NCBI GenBank assembly: GCA_002269645.1
Contig: NIVC01000029.1
Location: 992,001 to 1,056,000, forward strand
Source: Macrostomum lignano
Taxonomy: Eukaryota
Length of the DNA: 64,000 bases
Reading direction: 5' to 3'
Shown here piece by piece: positions 15,901-28,499 of the stretch (positions are counted from its first letter, which is position 1; each line of letters opens with the position of its first letter). The position numbers and the translations under genes are program-made. The notes under the pieces were generated by a model that saw only the letters and a program-made list of their open reading frames with translations, had not been told where the DNA came from and did no database searches.

Positions 15901-16759
15901 TGTATCATTGTATAAGTCTTTCAATGAATGGAACCTACTACGCATTACTCCACCCTTACATAAAAAATGTTTCAATTGCTTTTTCCAGACACTCAACTGA
16001 GAAAGTTTCAAATGAAGAACCACCAACGCCTGACAACGGAGTGGCGGTGAGGCATGAAAATTTGCATCCAAATTCTGCTATTTGCATGGTTGAACTTCCA
16101 AAGTCTAATGACAACTATCAGGTCAGTCAGAGTAAAAAATCCATTGAGAAAGCATCTTCGTGCTCAATTAAACTGTCTGCGAAAGTGTCTGAAATTCATA
16201 TTAACTAGTAATTTCCCCATGGTTCAAAGTCAAAAAAAGATTTTTAAATATCCTAAGTCAAAAAGATCAGACACAGGATTGAGTTGTAAATATTTTTCTT
16301 CGATTCTCTGTATACAGTGATGCATCAGATGAAAAGACATTTGTATTGAAAAAAGTAACAAACAGTGATTTTACATGTATTGCTTTCAATAAAAGAAGCA
16401 GCTCGGCATAGTTTGGGACTACAGCAGGTAAATATAATTATTTACACGCTAGTAATGCATAACTGCCATCAATTATTTTTTTTAATATCGCAACTCAAGT
16501 ATTTACCGAAGTAAAATAGTCGCTTATATACAACTTATAGTGGCAGTTTTCCCAATAAAAATTTACGGATTTGTAAGACAAATTTAGTTTAAAACTACTT
16601 CAGCTTCAGTCAGATATCCGATATATAATAATACTTCAGGAAGGAAACAGCTGCACCTACGCTTCGCTCATGCCTTCAACAGCTGAACCAAATTCTAACG
16701 AACAGCGGCCAGAAAGTGAAGTCACGGAATATTTGATGATTATTAAGGATGGTATTTGA
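12963..16759 (+). CDS. Receptor paralog C: SP - F-type-lectin-like - Ig - TM - ITIM-like/ITSM tail
   Basis: Exons 12963-13050 (signal peptide), 13151-13366, 13433-13647, 13734-13836 (103 nt), 13905-14144 (Ig: VRCNVSC...DYGVYAC), 14268-14401 (TM), 14525-14571, 15989-16046 (or -16121) and 16640-16759 (CTYASL...TEYLMIIKDGI*). Phases are consistent. Confidence 0.8.
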
Positions 16760-16937
16760 TACTGAAGAAAGAATAGTTATTAACCAACATTGTGACTGTG
16801 TTCTAGCTCGTAGAAGCTTTGTAATTGGAAGCATGTAATTCTAAATTAAAATCTACAATGTTTTGAGGAAATATTTACATGCATGATAAAATTTAGTAAT
16901 TTATTAAACTACGTGCATATGAATGCTTTAACAGTAA

Positions 16938-17835
16938 GCCAACTCTTTGTTGCGCACCTTCTCAAACAATAATCAAGTCGCCAGCCGTCCGGAACGTCGA
17001 GATATTCGACGATTCTGCTAGAAGGTCGGATTTTTCCCATAAGCGCTAGTGTATTCAGTTCACCCCTGTGCGCCAATCAGCAATTTCACCAGCACGTCGA
17101 TCACATGCGTCTGCATCAGCTCTGGCTTCGTTGGTCACTGGCCTTCACCCAGGCGGAGCTTCTAGACCTTCAACAGGTGGCACCAGGTGACTATGGACAC
17201 CCTGATGCGAATTTCTCTAGTTTCGCTGATCAAGCATTAATAATGGGCTAACATTAACACCTGGTCATTTTCAGCTAGACTCTCAAACGTGAGACGTGAT
17301 GACGTAATTAGTTAATTGAACCGTAAATTGAACCGAATTTTCGCCAAGAGAAAAAATGACAAAAAATTATCAACTTTTCTATATGGACTCAAGATCAAGT
17401 AGAATTAACAAAAGTTGCTAAAACAATTTTTAAATTCATTTTTTCGGTGTCCATAGTCACCTGGTGCCACCTGTTGAAGGTCTAGAAGCTCCGCCTGGGT
17501 GAAGGCCAGTGACCAACGAAGCTAGAGCTGATGCAGACACATGTGGTCGACGTGCTGGTGAAATTTGGAGGCTTGGCAAGGCTGCACTGAGGCGCAGTGC
17601 TGATTGGCGCACAGGGGTGAACTGAATACACTGGCGCTTATGGGAAAAATCGGACTTCCTAGAAAAATCGTTGATTATCTCGACGTTCCAGAGGGCTGGC
17701 GACTTGATTCTTGTTTGAGAGGGTGCGCAACAAATAGTTGGCCCGTGTTCTTGAATTTCGTGTGCCTGCGTTGCTCCGTTCCGGCGCAGCAAAAAAGTTG
17801 TCGGGGGGGATCCCCCCCTCTTGGTAGTTCTGCTG
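16938..17835. mobile_element. R1 dispersed repeat, second inverted pair
   Basis: 16938-17236 (minus, truncated) and 17445-17835 (plus) match the copies at 3101-4400. Confidence 0.7.
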
Positions 17836-18474
17836 TAAATCGAATTCGTAGCTGTCTTTTGCGTTTTCAAGAATCCCCCACAGCGCAAGTGAAATAAAAA
17901 TCAGCAAAATGGAATACTTAGTCTTTAAATTACTCGTAATCTAAGAGCTCTGTACTTTTATGGGCTGTTTTTAAACACCTTTTAGTAAGCATCTCATTCC
18001 GATTAATTCACTCAAACTCGAAATGCCTACACTCGTCTGAGCATTGTATTTCTTTTCATTCGATTTTTCTGTTTTAAAGTACGACTCCAGATCCTCATTT
18101 CTACTTTTATGATAAAATTATTACATTTTTAAATTCAAGTGCCTAACTGTACATTTCTCAAAATCTGAGAGACTTGAATTAAATATTTGGCTAACTAATG
18201 CACATATGTAACTTAGGAGGAAAGAGTAGCGAAAATCAGTGAACGATGTTAAATGTAACTCAAAACATATAACTCAAAGCCCATGCAGTCACCGAGCCTC
18301 AACAACCAGAGTTTCAGATGACCAATTATGACGTGAAAAACCTGGCTATTTTAGGGAAAATACCTGAATCAGGATGAAATCGAATGTTCTAAGTGGTAGA
18401 ATTATTGATAGTTCGAGTAGTAGCAAGTTAGGGGTCTTCGTGTTTTCATTTTTTCTCCTGATATCTTAGCGCCG

Positions 18475-18630
18475 AACCTGAACCAAGCATCCCACCTACC
18501 TCGAACATCGAACCCGGGGCCAAAACCCAAACCCGGTACTAAACCCAAACCCAGTTCCAAAACCCAAATCCAGTATCAAAACCAAAATCCTGTACCAATA
18601 TCCGAACCCAGTACCAAAACCCGAACCAAA
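18475..18630. repeat. Degenerate 18-bp tandem repeat (CGAACCCAGTACCAAAAC-like)
   Basis: About 8 degenerate units visible. Confidence 0.7.
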
Positions 18631-18881
18631 TTTAATATGAAAATATAATAATTTATAATCAACCATAGTTCACAGCTCTTGGTTTTATTTGATGACCATT
18701 CTATAATTTATAATTTCGAAATCCTGGATATGTTTTTGCGAGTTATCAAGTTATTGAGATGGAGCGAGAATATATTCGTGTTTAAAATGGTCACGATGAT
18801 TCTCTGGCGACGTTAGCTCCAAATAGTTACGCTCCATATAGTTACTTATAGTTATTGCCGAATACAGAATCAAGCGCTTCC

Positions 18882-21800
18882 TCAATCGCTAACGTAAACT
18901 GACCGAGGCGGCGAAACGTTGTCAGTCCTATTGGTTGTCATGGCTACCATGTCATCCACGTAGACGCTTTGAGCAGCTCGCTGCATTCTCAGCTCGGCTG
19001 GAGGATCGCTGGGTTGGTTAGGAGGATGAGCACAACTCTGGAACTTTTAAGTGTGGCCGTTTATCAAAGTTATCAAATAATTTTTCGGAATTAATTTTTT
19101 CTAAATTTATTTTGGATGGGATTCAGTTCGATATATAGCTCTTTTTAAAACAAAATCTTGCTCAGTTTGATGCCTTGCAGATAACATGAAGACTACTGCC
19201 TCTTATTACAGACCTTTGACTCTCAATCTTACTATTTACATTAAGATTTCATGTCAAGCTTACCTTCTCGTAGTAGATCAGGATTGCAAGGGATATCAAT
19301 ATGATTAATACAATTATCTCGGTCAATAACACGACTAACAGCCAAAAATCTGAAAGTTTGATCATAGAAGGCTTCATTTTACTATTCAAAGAATGTTCAA
19401 TAACTATTTCGTAGATAAATGATAAACAACTTACTCTCATACACGTAGGGACAGCGTGTTTTGATAAGCTTTCTAACTTGATGCTGATCAGCCTGACAGA
19501 TTACAGACACATTGGCTGAGCTGCTGCAGTTTGAGCACAGCCACTGGGACCTCAGCACATTGTCAGCCACATCGCATGTTGGATTTTTCAGCGCAGTAAT
19601 TGTCAGCTGCTGGCCTTTAGAGTCGAATGCTCTGCACACGTGCGTGGATGCGTCTGGCGACTCAAATGTGACTTTGACATCACTGGTTGGAGATATGAAT
19701 TTGCAGATGCCCAACTCTGTGGAGATTTCGTGACGACTTTGCGGACCTGAAGAATAAAAACTTAAGAATTTTAGAGCACTTTGATTTGTTTTTGTTCAGT
19801 TGAAGTAAATCTCTACTTTGCCTCTCTATTGTCTACCCTGATTTACTCCTTGGCTGTCCAAAGAGCTTCTGGTGTTTGGCGATTTTCTCCGCTAGATACT
19901 GCTCAGCAATTTTTCATTGAATTTGAAACAAAAAGGGTACAGACAGAAACTACTGTATACGAAACATTGATTTCCTACCAGTAATTTTGTTAATTACAAG
20001 GTACGAGTTTCAGAGAAACGATTGGTCTCTCTAATCTGGTGTATAGCTATTAAGTTCCTTATAACTTTTCCAACCTATTTGCGCTTACACACTGAATTTA
20101 TTCAAAGATTTGCTTACTGAACTAATTGATTTTTGGCTATGGTAGCAAGGCTGGCACAGCAGTATTTAATTTGGTCCAACAAGCATCAATTTGGTCCATT
20201 GCAGCTATGAAACCTAATCATGAATTACAGCTGAGTAATGCAATTTATTTCATCAAATTTCACTGTACTAATCAATACAAGGTGACGTCAAAAATGCAAT
20301 TTTCTCAGCAATAACAAAATAGCATATTTTAGCATGACCAAAACTCCGCTTCGATCACAAGCACATTGCGTTCGTTTGACAGTCTAGCCTATGTTCCACG
20401 ATTCTGTGACTGATCTTGCTTCTCTGCGGAAGATGCAAATGAAGTATTGCTTTTAGTATTGCTTGTGACAGATATGTCTAAATTAAAATCTAAGGGGTGA
20501 ACTTATGGACCAAATCGATGCAGCGGGTCCATGAAATTTGCTAGCAGGAAATCTGCTAGCCGAAGTTTGCTAGCCGAAATGTGCTAGCCGAAATCTGCTA
20601 GCCGAAGTTTGCTAGCCGAAATGTGCTAGCCGAAATCCGCTAGCCGAAATCTGCTAGCCGAAATCTGCTAGCCGAAGTTTGCTAGCAGGAATTTCTTTGT
20701 AGCTAGCACTCGTACGTCAAGAATCAGAATGTAATTTATATACAAAATGTGCTTGTTAATTTTATTCTTCAAGTTCGTTGGCTCTGTTGTTTTGTTTGCC
20801 CGCTCTCGGTAGTCAGAGTAAATTAAGAAGGCAATCTGTTGTGGGGACGACTTAATCTGGACGACTTAATCTGCCACCTAGCCTTCGCCGTGGGTTCTCG
20901 TACATGTACGTGTTAAAACGCAATCAGTAGATGACGTCATAGACAAAAAGAAAATAAGATTTAGGTTTTAACGTAGGTGGATTAAAAAGTTCATATACAA
21001 GATATTGAATAAAGTAAATATATTACATCCATGATCACAGGGTAAGAGCTTGTGGGCCACACCTGCATAGAGTTTTTGCTTGTACACAATGGAAAATATC
21101 TATACATTAACAATACATATAGCGATAGTAAATTGTACCTTGGAAATACATGTATCTAACTATAGATACTGTACACCAACATGTGTGTTACTGTCTGCTA
21201 AAGTACTGTATATGCTAAAACTGCACTTGGAAATCGTCAAAATCATTTATATTTTTGTCCTATTTTACTCGTAGACATTTGATAATGTTTTAGCATTATC
21301 AGCTGTAAGGCCGTAGTTCAGGTAGCTCAGGCAGCTGTAGTTCAGGTAGTTAAATTTAAACTTATCTATACACACAACTTTCAGTCTTAATGGCTGGTAG
21401 TGGCAGTATATGGTATATAAGTTATATATTTACTCGTACGAATCAAAGCAGCTCAAATCGGAATCAAAACACAGCAAATAACATGCAACAGCTACGAGAG
21501 CAAGGCAGCTAGCAAAATCCTCGCTAGCAAAATTCCTGCTAGCAGATTTCGGCTAGCAAAATCCTCGCTAGCAAACTTCAGCTAGCAGATTTCGGCTAGC
21601 ACATTTCGGCTAGCAAACTTCGGCTAGCACATTTCGGCTAGCACATTTCGGCTAGCAAACTTCGGCTGGCAAACTTCGGCTAGCACATTTCGGCTAGCAA
21701 ACTTCGGCTGGCAAACTTCGGCAAGCACATTTCGGCTAGCGGATTTCGGCTAGCAAACTTCGGCTAGCAAACTTCGGCTAGCAAACTTCAGCTAGCAGAT

Positions 21801-23469
21801 TTCGGCTAGCACATTTCGGCTAGCACATTTCGGCTAGCAAACTTCGGCTAGCACATTTCGGCTAGCACATTTCGGCTAGCAAATTTCTCGCTAGCAAACT
21901 TCGGCTAGCAGATTTCCTGCTAGCAAATCTCGTACTCCCCGATGCAGCTGCTGTGCCAGCCTTTGCTACCATGGGCAAAAGCTCCATTACTTGTGGAAAC
22001 ATATCTTGGATTAAATTCAATGTGTCTAAGCCCTTATAATAGACACTAAGGAATACACGATTTTCAATCTGCGAGGTGTCGCATTTTTGGGGCTGTCAGA
22101 ATTTGAGGCGTCAACACAATTTTATTGGAACAGACGCCAGAACCAGGGGCGCCAGCAAAGCTACTGTCATATAATTTTTACAGCACAATGGGAAGTCGCT
22201 GCGTCACTCTTGCCGAACAGATGGCAACAAACCTGGCCTGAATCAGCCGCCACAGTAAATTATTGAAAAGCAATTGCAAGAATTTTAGCTCCAATTGTAC
22301 TTTAAATAAAGCATCTGAGGACTTTATGTACCATTTTACACTTCTTCTTTTCCAAATATCGTGCCTCTTTTACAAGCTATAAAATACGAACTATCATCAA
22401 CAATAAGTTCAGGAGAAAAAACTCAGTTTAATTTTTAAAAAGAAAATGTAACACATTCCTCATCGAGTATTTTTCTGGACACTAAGTACTATGTTGGGCA
22501 TTAACCGACTATTATTCTAAAACTAAAGCTAGAGATCTTATGGCTACTTGGATCCCAAGCTCACCCTCAGAGTCGATGCGATTTAGCCACATGTTCACAA
22601 AGTTCATGCACTGATGGTATCCATTTGTCAGATTCGCAACGAACTTTCTAAGCAGCAACATGCGGACCTGAAAGTTTACAAAACTCCACAGTAGTCAGAC
22701 TTTTAGTAGTCAACTCTTATTTCTTAAGATATGAAATCTATAAATCATTGTAAGAGACCCATCAAATTGCTGGAATGGACTTACTGTTCGGTCGCATTTT
22801 ATAGTCAAGTTTTCTTTATCTATTTTTGATTTTGTTTTACCACAGTAGCTCCAAGCCGACGGGTTTGAATTGAAGACCGAACTGATTTGCCGAGAGCTGC
22901 AGTGCTCAGACCCGAGCTGGCTGCTCAGGTCCGACTGTGAGGCAAACAGCTCAACGTCTGCTGCGCGGTCTTTTACATCGGGGTCAGCTGAAATGTTTTA
23001 TTTAAAAGTTTCATTCTGCATTTGCCTGGTCTCCATGTACCAGTGTTCATGAAGCACCACCAGAAACTCTCACTTCTACTCTCGACAGTGACAGACCGAA
23101 TTCTTTCACTTTGATTCAGCAGAATGGCAAACCAATGGTATCCGTTAACTGCAGACGAGTTGTTTTCTCCGGAGGTAAAAAAGTCCCACTGTCCCGTCCT
23201 GATTTCTGATCGAGAGTAAAAGCACCTTGATGTACTAGTATAAGAGCTCGTATAGTGAGATGACTGCCATGAGCTGGCGATCGCTTTGCGCGTGACTTGG
23301 AGTCGGCCTGAAAGTTTCATTTTTTAACCTGATAGTTTTCAAAACGAATAACTATTTGTATTGTTTGTTTTGAAGACCAACAAAGCTTTGACTCACACAA
23401 TCTTGAATTCGTCGCCACAATTCTTGCCATCAACAATGCGGAAATCAGGATGCTGAGCAAGATTTTCAT
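18882..23469 (-). CDS. Receptor paralog D: SP - F-type-lectin-like - Cys-rich/FN3-like - TM with Glu - divergent tail (about 390 aa if unspliced)
   Basis: Minus-strand exons 23469-23397 (MKILLSILISALLMARIVATNSRL), 23307-23074, 22987-22785, 22667-22565, 19746-19435, 19349-19264 (NFWLLVVLLTEIIVLIILISLAILIYYEK) and 19043-18882 (...SVYVDDM...RSVYVSD*). Exons 2-5 are close to B. The end of the tail is uncertain. Confidence 0.8.
20128..21982. mobile_element. MITE with about 40-bp imperfect TIR (ATGGTAGCAAGGCTGGCACAGCAG...), interrupted by the foldback element below
   Basis: About 20139-20200 is the reverse complement of 20507-20524 joined to 21949-21972 once the nested insert is removed. Confidence 0.55.
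20525..21939. mobile_element. Foldback/MULE-like non-autonomous element with 9-bp TSD and GCTAGC-module arms, in intron 4 of D
   Basis: TSD CGATGCAGC at 20516-20524 and 21940-21948. Termini GGGTCCATGA.../...CGTACTCCC. Arms are inverted arrays of about 14-bp GCTAGCCGAAATCT modules. Confidence 0.85.
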
Positions 23470-24270
23470 TATGCTTTAATTGTCTCAACGGTAATCACAT
23501 GTAGTTTGAATATTTACCTTGCTGTCTATTTGAACTGCATTTATACCACGCATTTCCGAATTCGTCGGAAAGTAAACAATAACTTATTGTTTGTCGTTAA
23601 TGTTATTTTCGTAAATTTCATAAACTAAGTTTAGAGTGCAACAGTTTCTATAAAAATGGCATCCTATAGTAAACAAAGTTGGGCTTTAGTCGATTTCAGT
23701 AAATCTTCCAGCTACGAGCGTATAAACAGGCTGTCTATAGAGTAAGAGTTTTAGTTTGAGATTTCTGTTCTGTCTGTTTGTTTCGATTTGTACTTTTACT
23801 ATTAAAAGTTAAAAGAGTTTTATTACTTGTCTACCCATGATTTTTTTTAATTTAATCATTTTTCCAAAGTCTTAAGACATCTCGAACCCAATCATACCGT
23901 ACGTTTGATTTCAATCACAATAGCGACCTGGGACTACTCAAATTAGGGACGGGAAACGACAAAAGTTGGAGACCGATCTATTAGTTAAGTATCAGATTAA
24001 ACATGCCTTTTGAGGGATTTATGAAAATAACTCCCGAAAAGGCATGTGTAATCTCGTATAAACCATAGACATAAATACTTTACGGGATATTTTTTGAATA
24101 TTACCAAATAAAATCCCGGAGAACGCAAATATTGTCACGGAAAGTCTTTATTTCTATGGATTATTAACTTATTAGTCCTCGAAAAACCATTGCTTCGATA
24201 GGTTTTACCACAGACTACGCTCGTACAAGGGGTACTAGCTCCTAATCAAGTAAGTCCCTGATCGCGGCAA

Positions 24271-24902
24271 CACTGCACCTTTTTGCCTTCTACTCGTATT
24301 TCAATAAAACTGCATTCAATTTCGGAAAACTGGCTTTCATTTTTGGCATCAGTTTGGTCGCATATCCAAACTACATTAGAATTCGACAAACCGAGAACCA
24401 ATTTCGGCAAACCTTTTAGATGGGCACTGTCGAAATTGAGTGCAGTTTGCCGAGATTGAATGCAGTTTGCCGAAATTGAATGCAGTTTGCCGAAATTGAA
24501 TGCAGTTTGCCGAAATTGAATGCAGTTTGCCGAAATTGAATGCAGTTTGCCGAAATTGAATGCAGTTTGCCGAAATTGAATGCAGTTTGCCGAAATTGAA
24601 TGCAGTTTGCCGAAATTGAATGCAGTTTGCCGAAATTGAATGCAGTTTGCCGAAATTGAATGCAGTTTGCCGAAATTGAATGCAGTTTGCCGAAATTGTT
24701 TCTCGGTTTGTCAAATTCGAATGCAGTTTGCCGAAATTGAGTGCAGTTTGCCGAAATTGAATGCAGTTTGCCGAAATTGTTTCTCGGTTTGTCAAATTCG
24801 AATGCAGTTTGGATGCTGCCAAAGCTGATGCCAAAAATGAAAACCAATTTGTCGAACTTGAATGCAGTTTTATTGAAATAGAACGCAAAAGGGTGTACAG
24901 TA
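24271..24902. mobile_element. MITE with about 140-bp imperfect TIRs and an internal 20-bp tandem array (CGAAATTGAATGCAGTTTGC)n
   Basis: About 24271-24410 is the reverse complement of about 24765-24902; the tandem array spans about 24430-24760. Confidence 0.75.
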
Positions 24903-25991
24903 GTACATTTACATTTTGCACCACCCTTTAAAATCGATATAAATTTGCGGCCCCTCGCGGCTTAGCTACTTCAAGTGAGTTTTAAAGGAAGCAGAGGCGG
25001 CGCTTTCACAAGATTGAGATTTTGTTCAAATCGTCTAAAAGTTTCAAACATTCACTTTAAAAGTAAATAATATATGTTTACTTCATAAAATGTATGAGAG
25101 ACATAGATGCTACTATAACTTATATGATTGGAATTTTTAAGCGACGTGAAATTCTCCGAACAATACCATTTTTTACGTAGAAATAGAATACCAAATCCAT
25201 TCCATAGTGCCGAGAAGTATCAAGTGTTTGTTAAATCTCCGGGTACAAGTTTTTACCTATTAACGTTTAAAGACACCTGTCAAAAGGGATTTACATTTTA
25301 TCTGCTTTAAAACGTAAAATTCGATGCTGCTACATGGTCACTGTTTACGAGGTACATTCTAATAGCTTGCTTGTATGCTTGTATGGCAATCATCCAATTT
25401 CACATAAAAGCATTTCGGGCTGACTTACTTGAAAATTAGACCAAGAATTATTTAAAAGTAGTGTACAAATCGCGAAAGTGGGGTCTGGAGTGTAAATCTC
25501 GAAGATTGAAAGTCGTACGCCAAGACCACCATTGCAGATGGACATGTTAAGATGTTAAGTAAAGATGTTAAGTTAAGATGGACTTAACGCTAACGTAAAT
25601 CAAATTCGAGCTGTACCTGCCTCCTTGTCGAGTTCCGGTCGCGTACCTTACCCATAAGGGCAACAAGAACGACCGACTGAATTACTTTAAGCCTCTTTAG
25701 AATACAGTTCTAATACGGTATCACAAACCATGACTGTTGTTCAAATTACAAGCAAAATGTGTTCGAGAAACCGCAAGTAACTAAAAATAGAGTAGTTGAA
25801 ATGTTTGACTTCTAAAAACGGAAACAGAAAATATGTATACCTGCAACGCATGCTACTGGTATGTTTAGCATGATTATAATAGACTTTCCATACTTTCAAA
25901 AATCGACCTACGAGCGTAATACTTGACAAATGAAAGCAAATTGAATCAAAGAAACCTAAAGACAGAATATAATCAAAAGAAAATAAAAAAC

Positions 25992-27162
25992 ATGAGTAGA
26001 TTCTCACTGATATTCTAGGCCGTCCAGACGACTGCATTGGCTATGGCACTTGTCAGCTCAGTGAGCTGTAAAAAATGTAAGTTTTGGTGACTATAACACT
26101 GCTTCGCTTTATGACTGTACGTAAGATTGCATCATGCCACATTTCAGGCCGAATTGAAGTCAGGAAAGGCTCCATTGAACGCTCCTGGCAGTCGTCGATT
26201 TTGGAAAATGATAGGTCGGCACATTGCTTTTATGAGCGGCCCGTTGGTGATGGCCAAGTCGGCAGCTACAAATATTTGCACACAGAGGAGAGCAAAAACG
26301 GAAATGATTCGGGAGCCGATGCAGGATTTCACTGGTTTGTGATAAAGCTAAAGAAGCCTGAACTGTGAATGTCAAAGTCAGAAGTCAGTCTTGCTTGTAA
26401 CATTTAGGAATAGCTTTTCAAGATCGTGCTTTTCTCTATTTTCTTCATTTTATAAATTTTTTTATTTCAACAGACTTAACCCAAAAAAACTTACGGAAAT
26501 CGGAGACGATTTAAACGCTCGAGCCGCAGACATTGAGATCTGGACGTCTCAGGCGGACCTGGATTTCGGGTCGGAGCACTGCAACTCAAAGAGCATCAGC
26601 TCTGTGTATGATAATGCAGTGAGCGGGACATGGCAGTTTTGCGGCAAGACGCCAACAAATGTTTCTCATGGAGAAACACTGACAGTTCCTTGTATCACGG
26701 ATCAGGTAACGATTTTTTGCGTGAAGTTTAAATTGAGTGGAAATGATTCAATTTTATCCACCAAATTATAGGCAAAATATAGAATAATTTAGAATTTATT
26801 AAGTTCTCAGTTTGGTACAGGGGGTGGTAGCCTGGTGGTTTGCGTCGGACTCTCGACTGGAGTTTCGATTCCCGATCGCACTGGAACTATTTGTGATCCC
26901 GAGAAAAGACACTAAACTCTGTATTGCTTCAGTTTCCCCCAGTTGTAAAATGGGTGCCAGCATTAGCTGGGGTAATTGAGGTTGTTGAGGTTGCGGTTGC
27001 ACATCTGGCCCAAATGGGGTAGGTGTAAATATTAAATTAATTACTTATTATTATTTATCAGGTTCGGATAATACTACTTCGAAAATATGTCGCCAATGAA
27101 ACTGTGCCACGAAAGCAGTGCATGAACTTTCGACATGTGGATTGACCTCCATGGCGTCAAAA
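25992..27162 (+). pseudogene. Receptor paralog E: pseudogene, SP + lectin exons only
   Basis: Exons 25992-26076 (TAG at 26016-26018 where F and G have Trp), 26148-26383 (10-nt deletion vs F/G), 26474-26705 (1-nt deletion) and 27062-27162 (2-nt deletion). Homology to F/G ends in intron 4 at about 27200. Confidence 0.85.
26812..27022 (+). mobile_element. tRNA-derived SINE with a CORE-like segment in intron 3 of E (orthologous copies at 31948-32230 in F and 62181-62372 in G)
   Basis: A-box-like TAGCCTGGTGG; B-box GGTTCGATTCCC (intact in the F copy); the segment ...CAGTTTCCCCAGTTGTAAAATGGG resembles the MIR/CORE motif CAGTTTCCTCATCTGTAAAATGGG. Confidence 0.6.
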
Positions 27163-28499
27163 GTAAGTCGCAAAAGTTCAAATTTCAAGATATACTTCCA
27201 GCGCTCGCCTACAAGCCGCGCTTTCAATTTGACATCCACTGTCAGCTAGCTCTAGCTGTTACTCATGTTACTCTAGTATTACTATAGCAGTGCCACAAGT
27301 ACGCATAGTAACCCCTAGGTAATTTTATCAGCAGGGACTTCAAACATCTGCATCTACGGCCATTGATCTCTTGAACAGATCCCGTCGGGTAGTACAACTT
27401 GCCAAGTTTGTCAGACTGGGTCCGAATGAGGGCGCAGCCGGCCCATCCACAGCGCCACCGCAATCTTGCTCTTCGATGCGCCCTCACGTAAACGTATTTG
27501 CATTGACAACCCTTGATGCCTCTATTGATCTCCAGACCCCAGGCCGAGCACTCTTTATTCTCGAAGTCATCAAAAATTAGGGCATCAGAAGCAGTAGAGG
27601 CAGCTGCAGAAATGAAGGCAATGGATTGCTAACCTATATCTGTTGTCGATTGACTCAAGCGCTTAAAGTGCTAAAATAAATATTTTCTCTTCGTTGGAAT
27701 AGTCAGTTTTATTCTAGATAAAAAATCGTTGAAATAAGGAAATTTAGTAAAAACATTTCAGTATGACGATTCAGTTTTTTACTTTGTAGCATAATTAAGA
27801 AAAAATAGGTTCAGTTGATATTACTTATTCGAATCGTTTCTGCCTTTCCAGTGGTTCATATCTACGTTGAAGAATGACTTTCTACTGAAAAATATTGTTG
27901 CGGATACTCTGCATGGAAGCTACATGGGAATACGAAAACAATAGATTATTAGGATATAAATTTAGGAATTGAAGCTGATTAAGATAAAAAATTCAGGGGC
28001 ATTTTACAGCAAGATGGAATCAAACCCGGTCGATAATGTCTGGATCTTATATGAATTCGATGGATTACACCCATTAGCTAGTAGGCTGAACAGGACTTCT
28101 ACTTATGAAGCCAGACACGTCCATGATGGTCTCCTTTTAATGTTAAATAATTATAGTATATTTGGCGTTATACTGATATTAATATTGGCGCATAATTTTT
28201 GTTGCATTTTTTTTCTCCGAAAGAACACTTTTCAAATTAAAAGTGTGGTGTGGGCGATTTCTCTTATTTACTGAGTATTCATAGAACCATTGCTTAAGCT
28301 TTGAAAAGCAGTATAACAAAACATTGTATACCATTCAATGTACATGTGTATCACGCAATTTCTCGAATTGCATAATTGCTAATCCACATCAATACCATTT
28401 GTACAATAAAACAAGAAGCATCAAAGTAAATTAAGCTGCAGTGGCCAACACCTTTTACGAGTAGTATCCAGTTACAACCACCAGGTTCTAAAGTGACTC

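Noticed and set aside
12515-15908. Short minus-strand ORFs at 12515-12754 and 15426-15908
   Set aside because: No recognisable motifs; possibly decayed TE remnants, but unsupported.
19264-19349. D as a classic DAP12/FcR-gamma-coupled activating receptor
   Set aside because: Those receptors carry a basic TM residue and D has Glu, so only the looser paired-receptor hypothesis is kept.
24420-24760. CRISPR-like appearance of regular repeats (also 29718-30327 and 54250-56210)
   Set aside because: Head-to-tail repeats without unique spacers, no cas genes, and a eukaryotic context.
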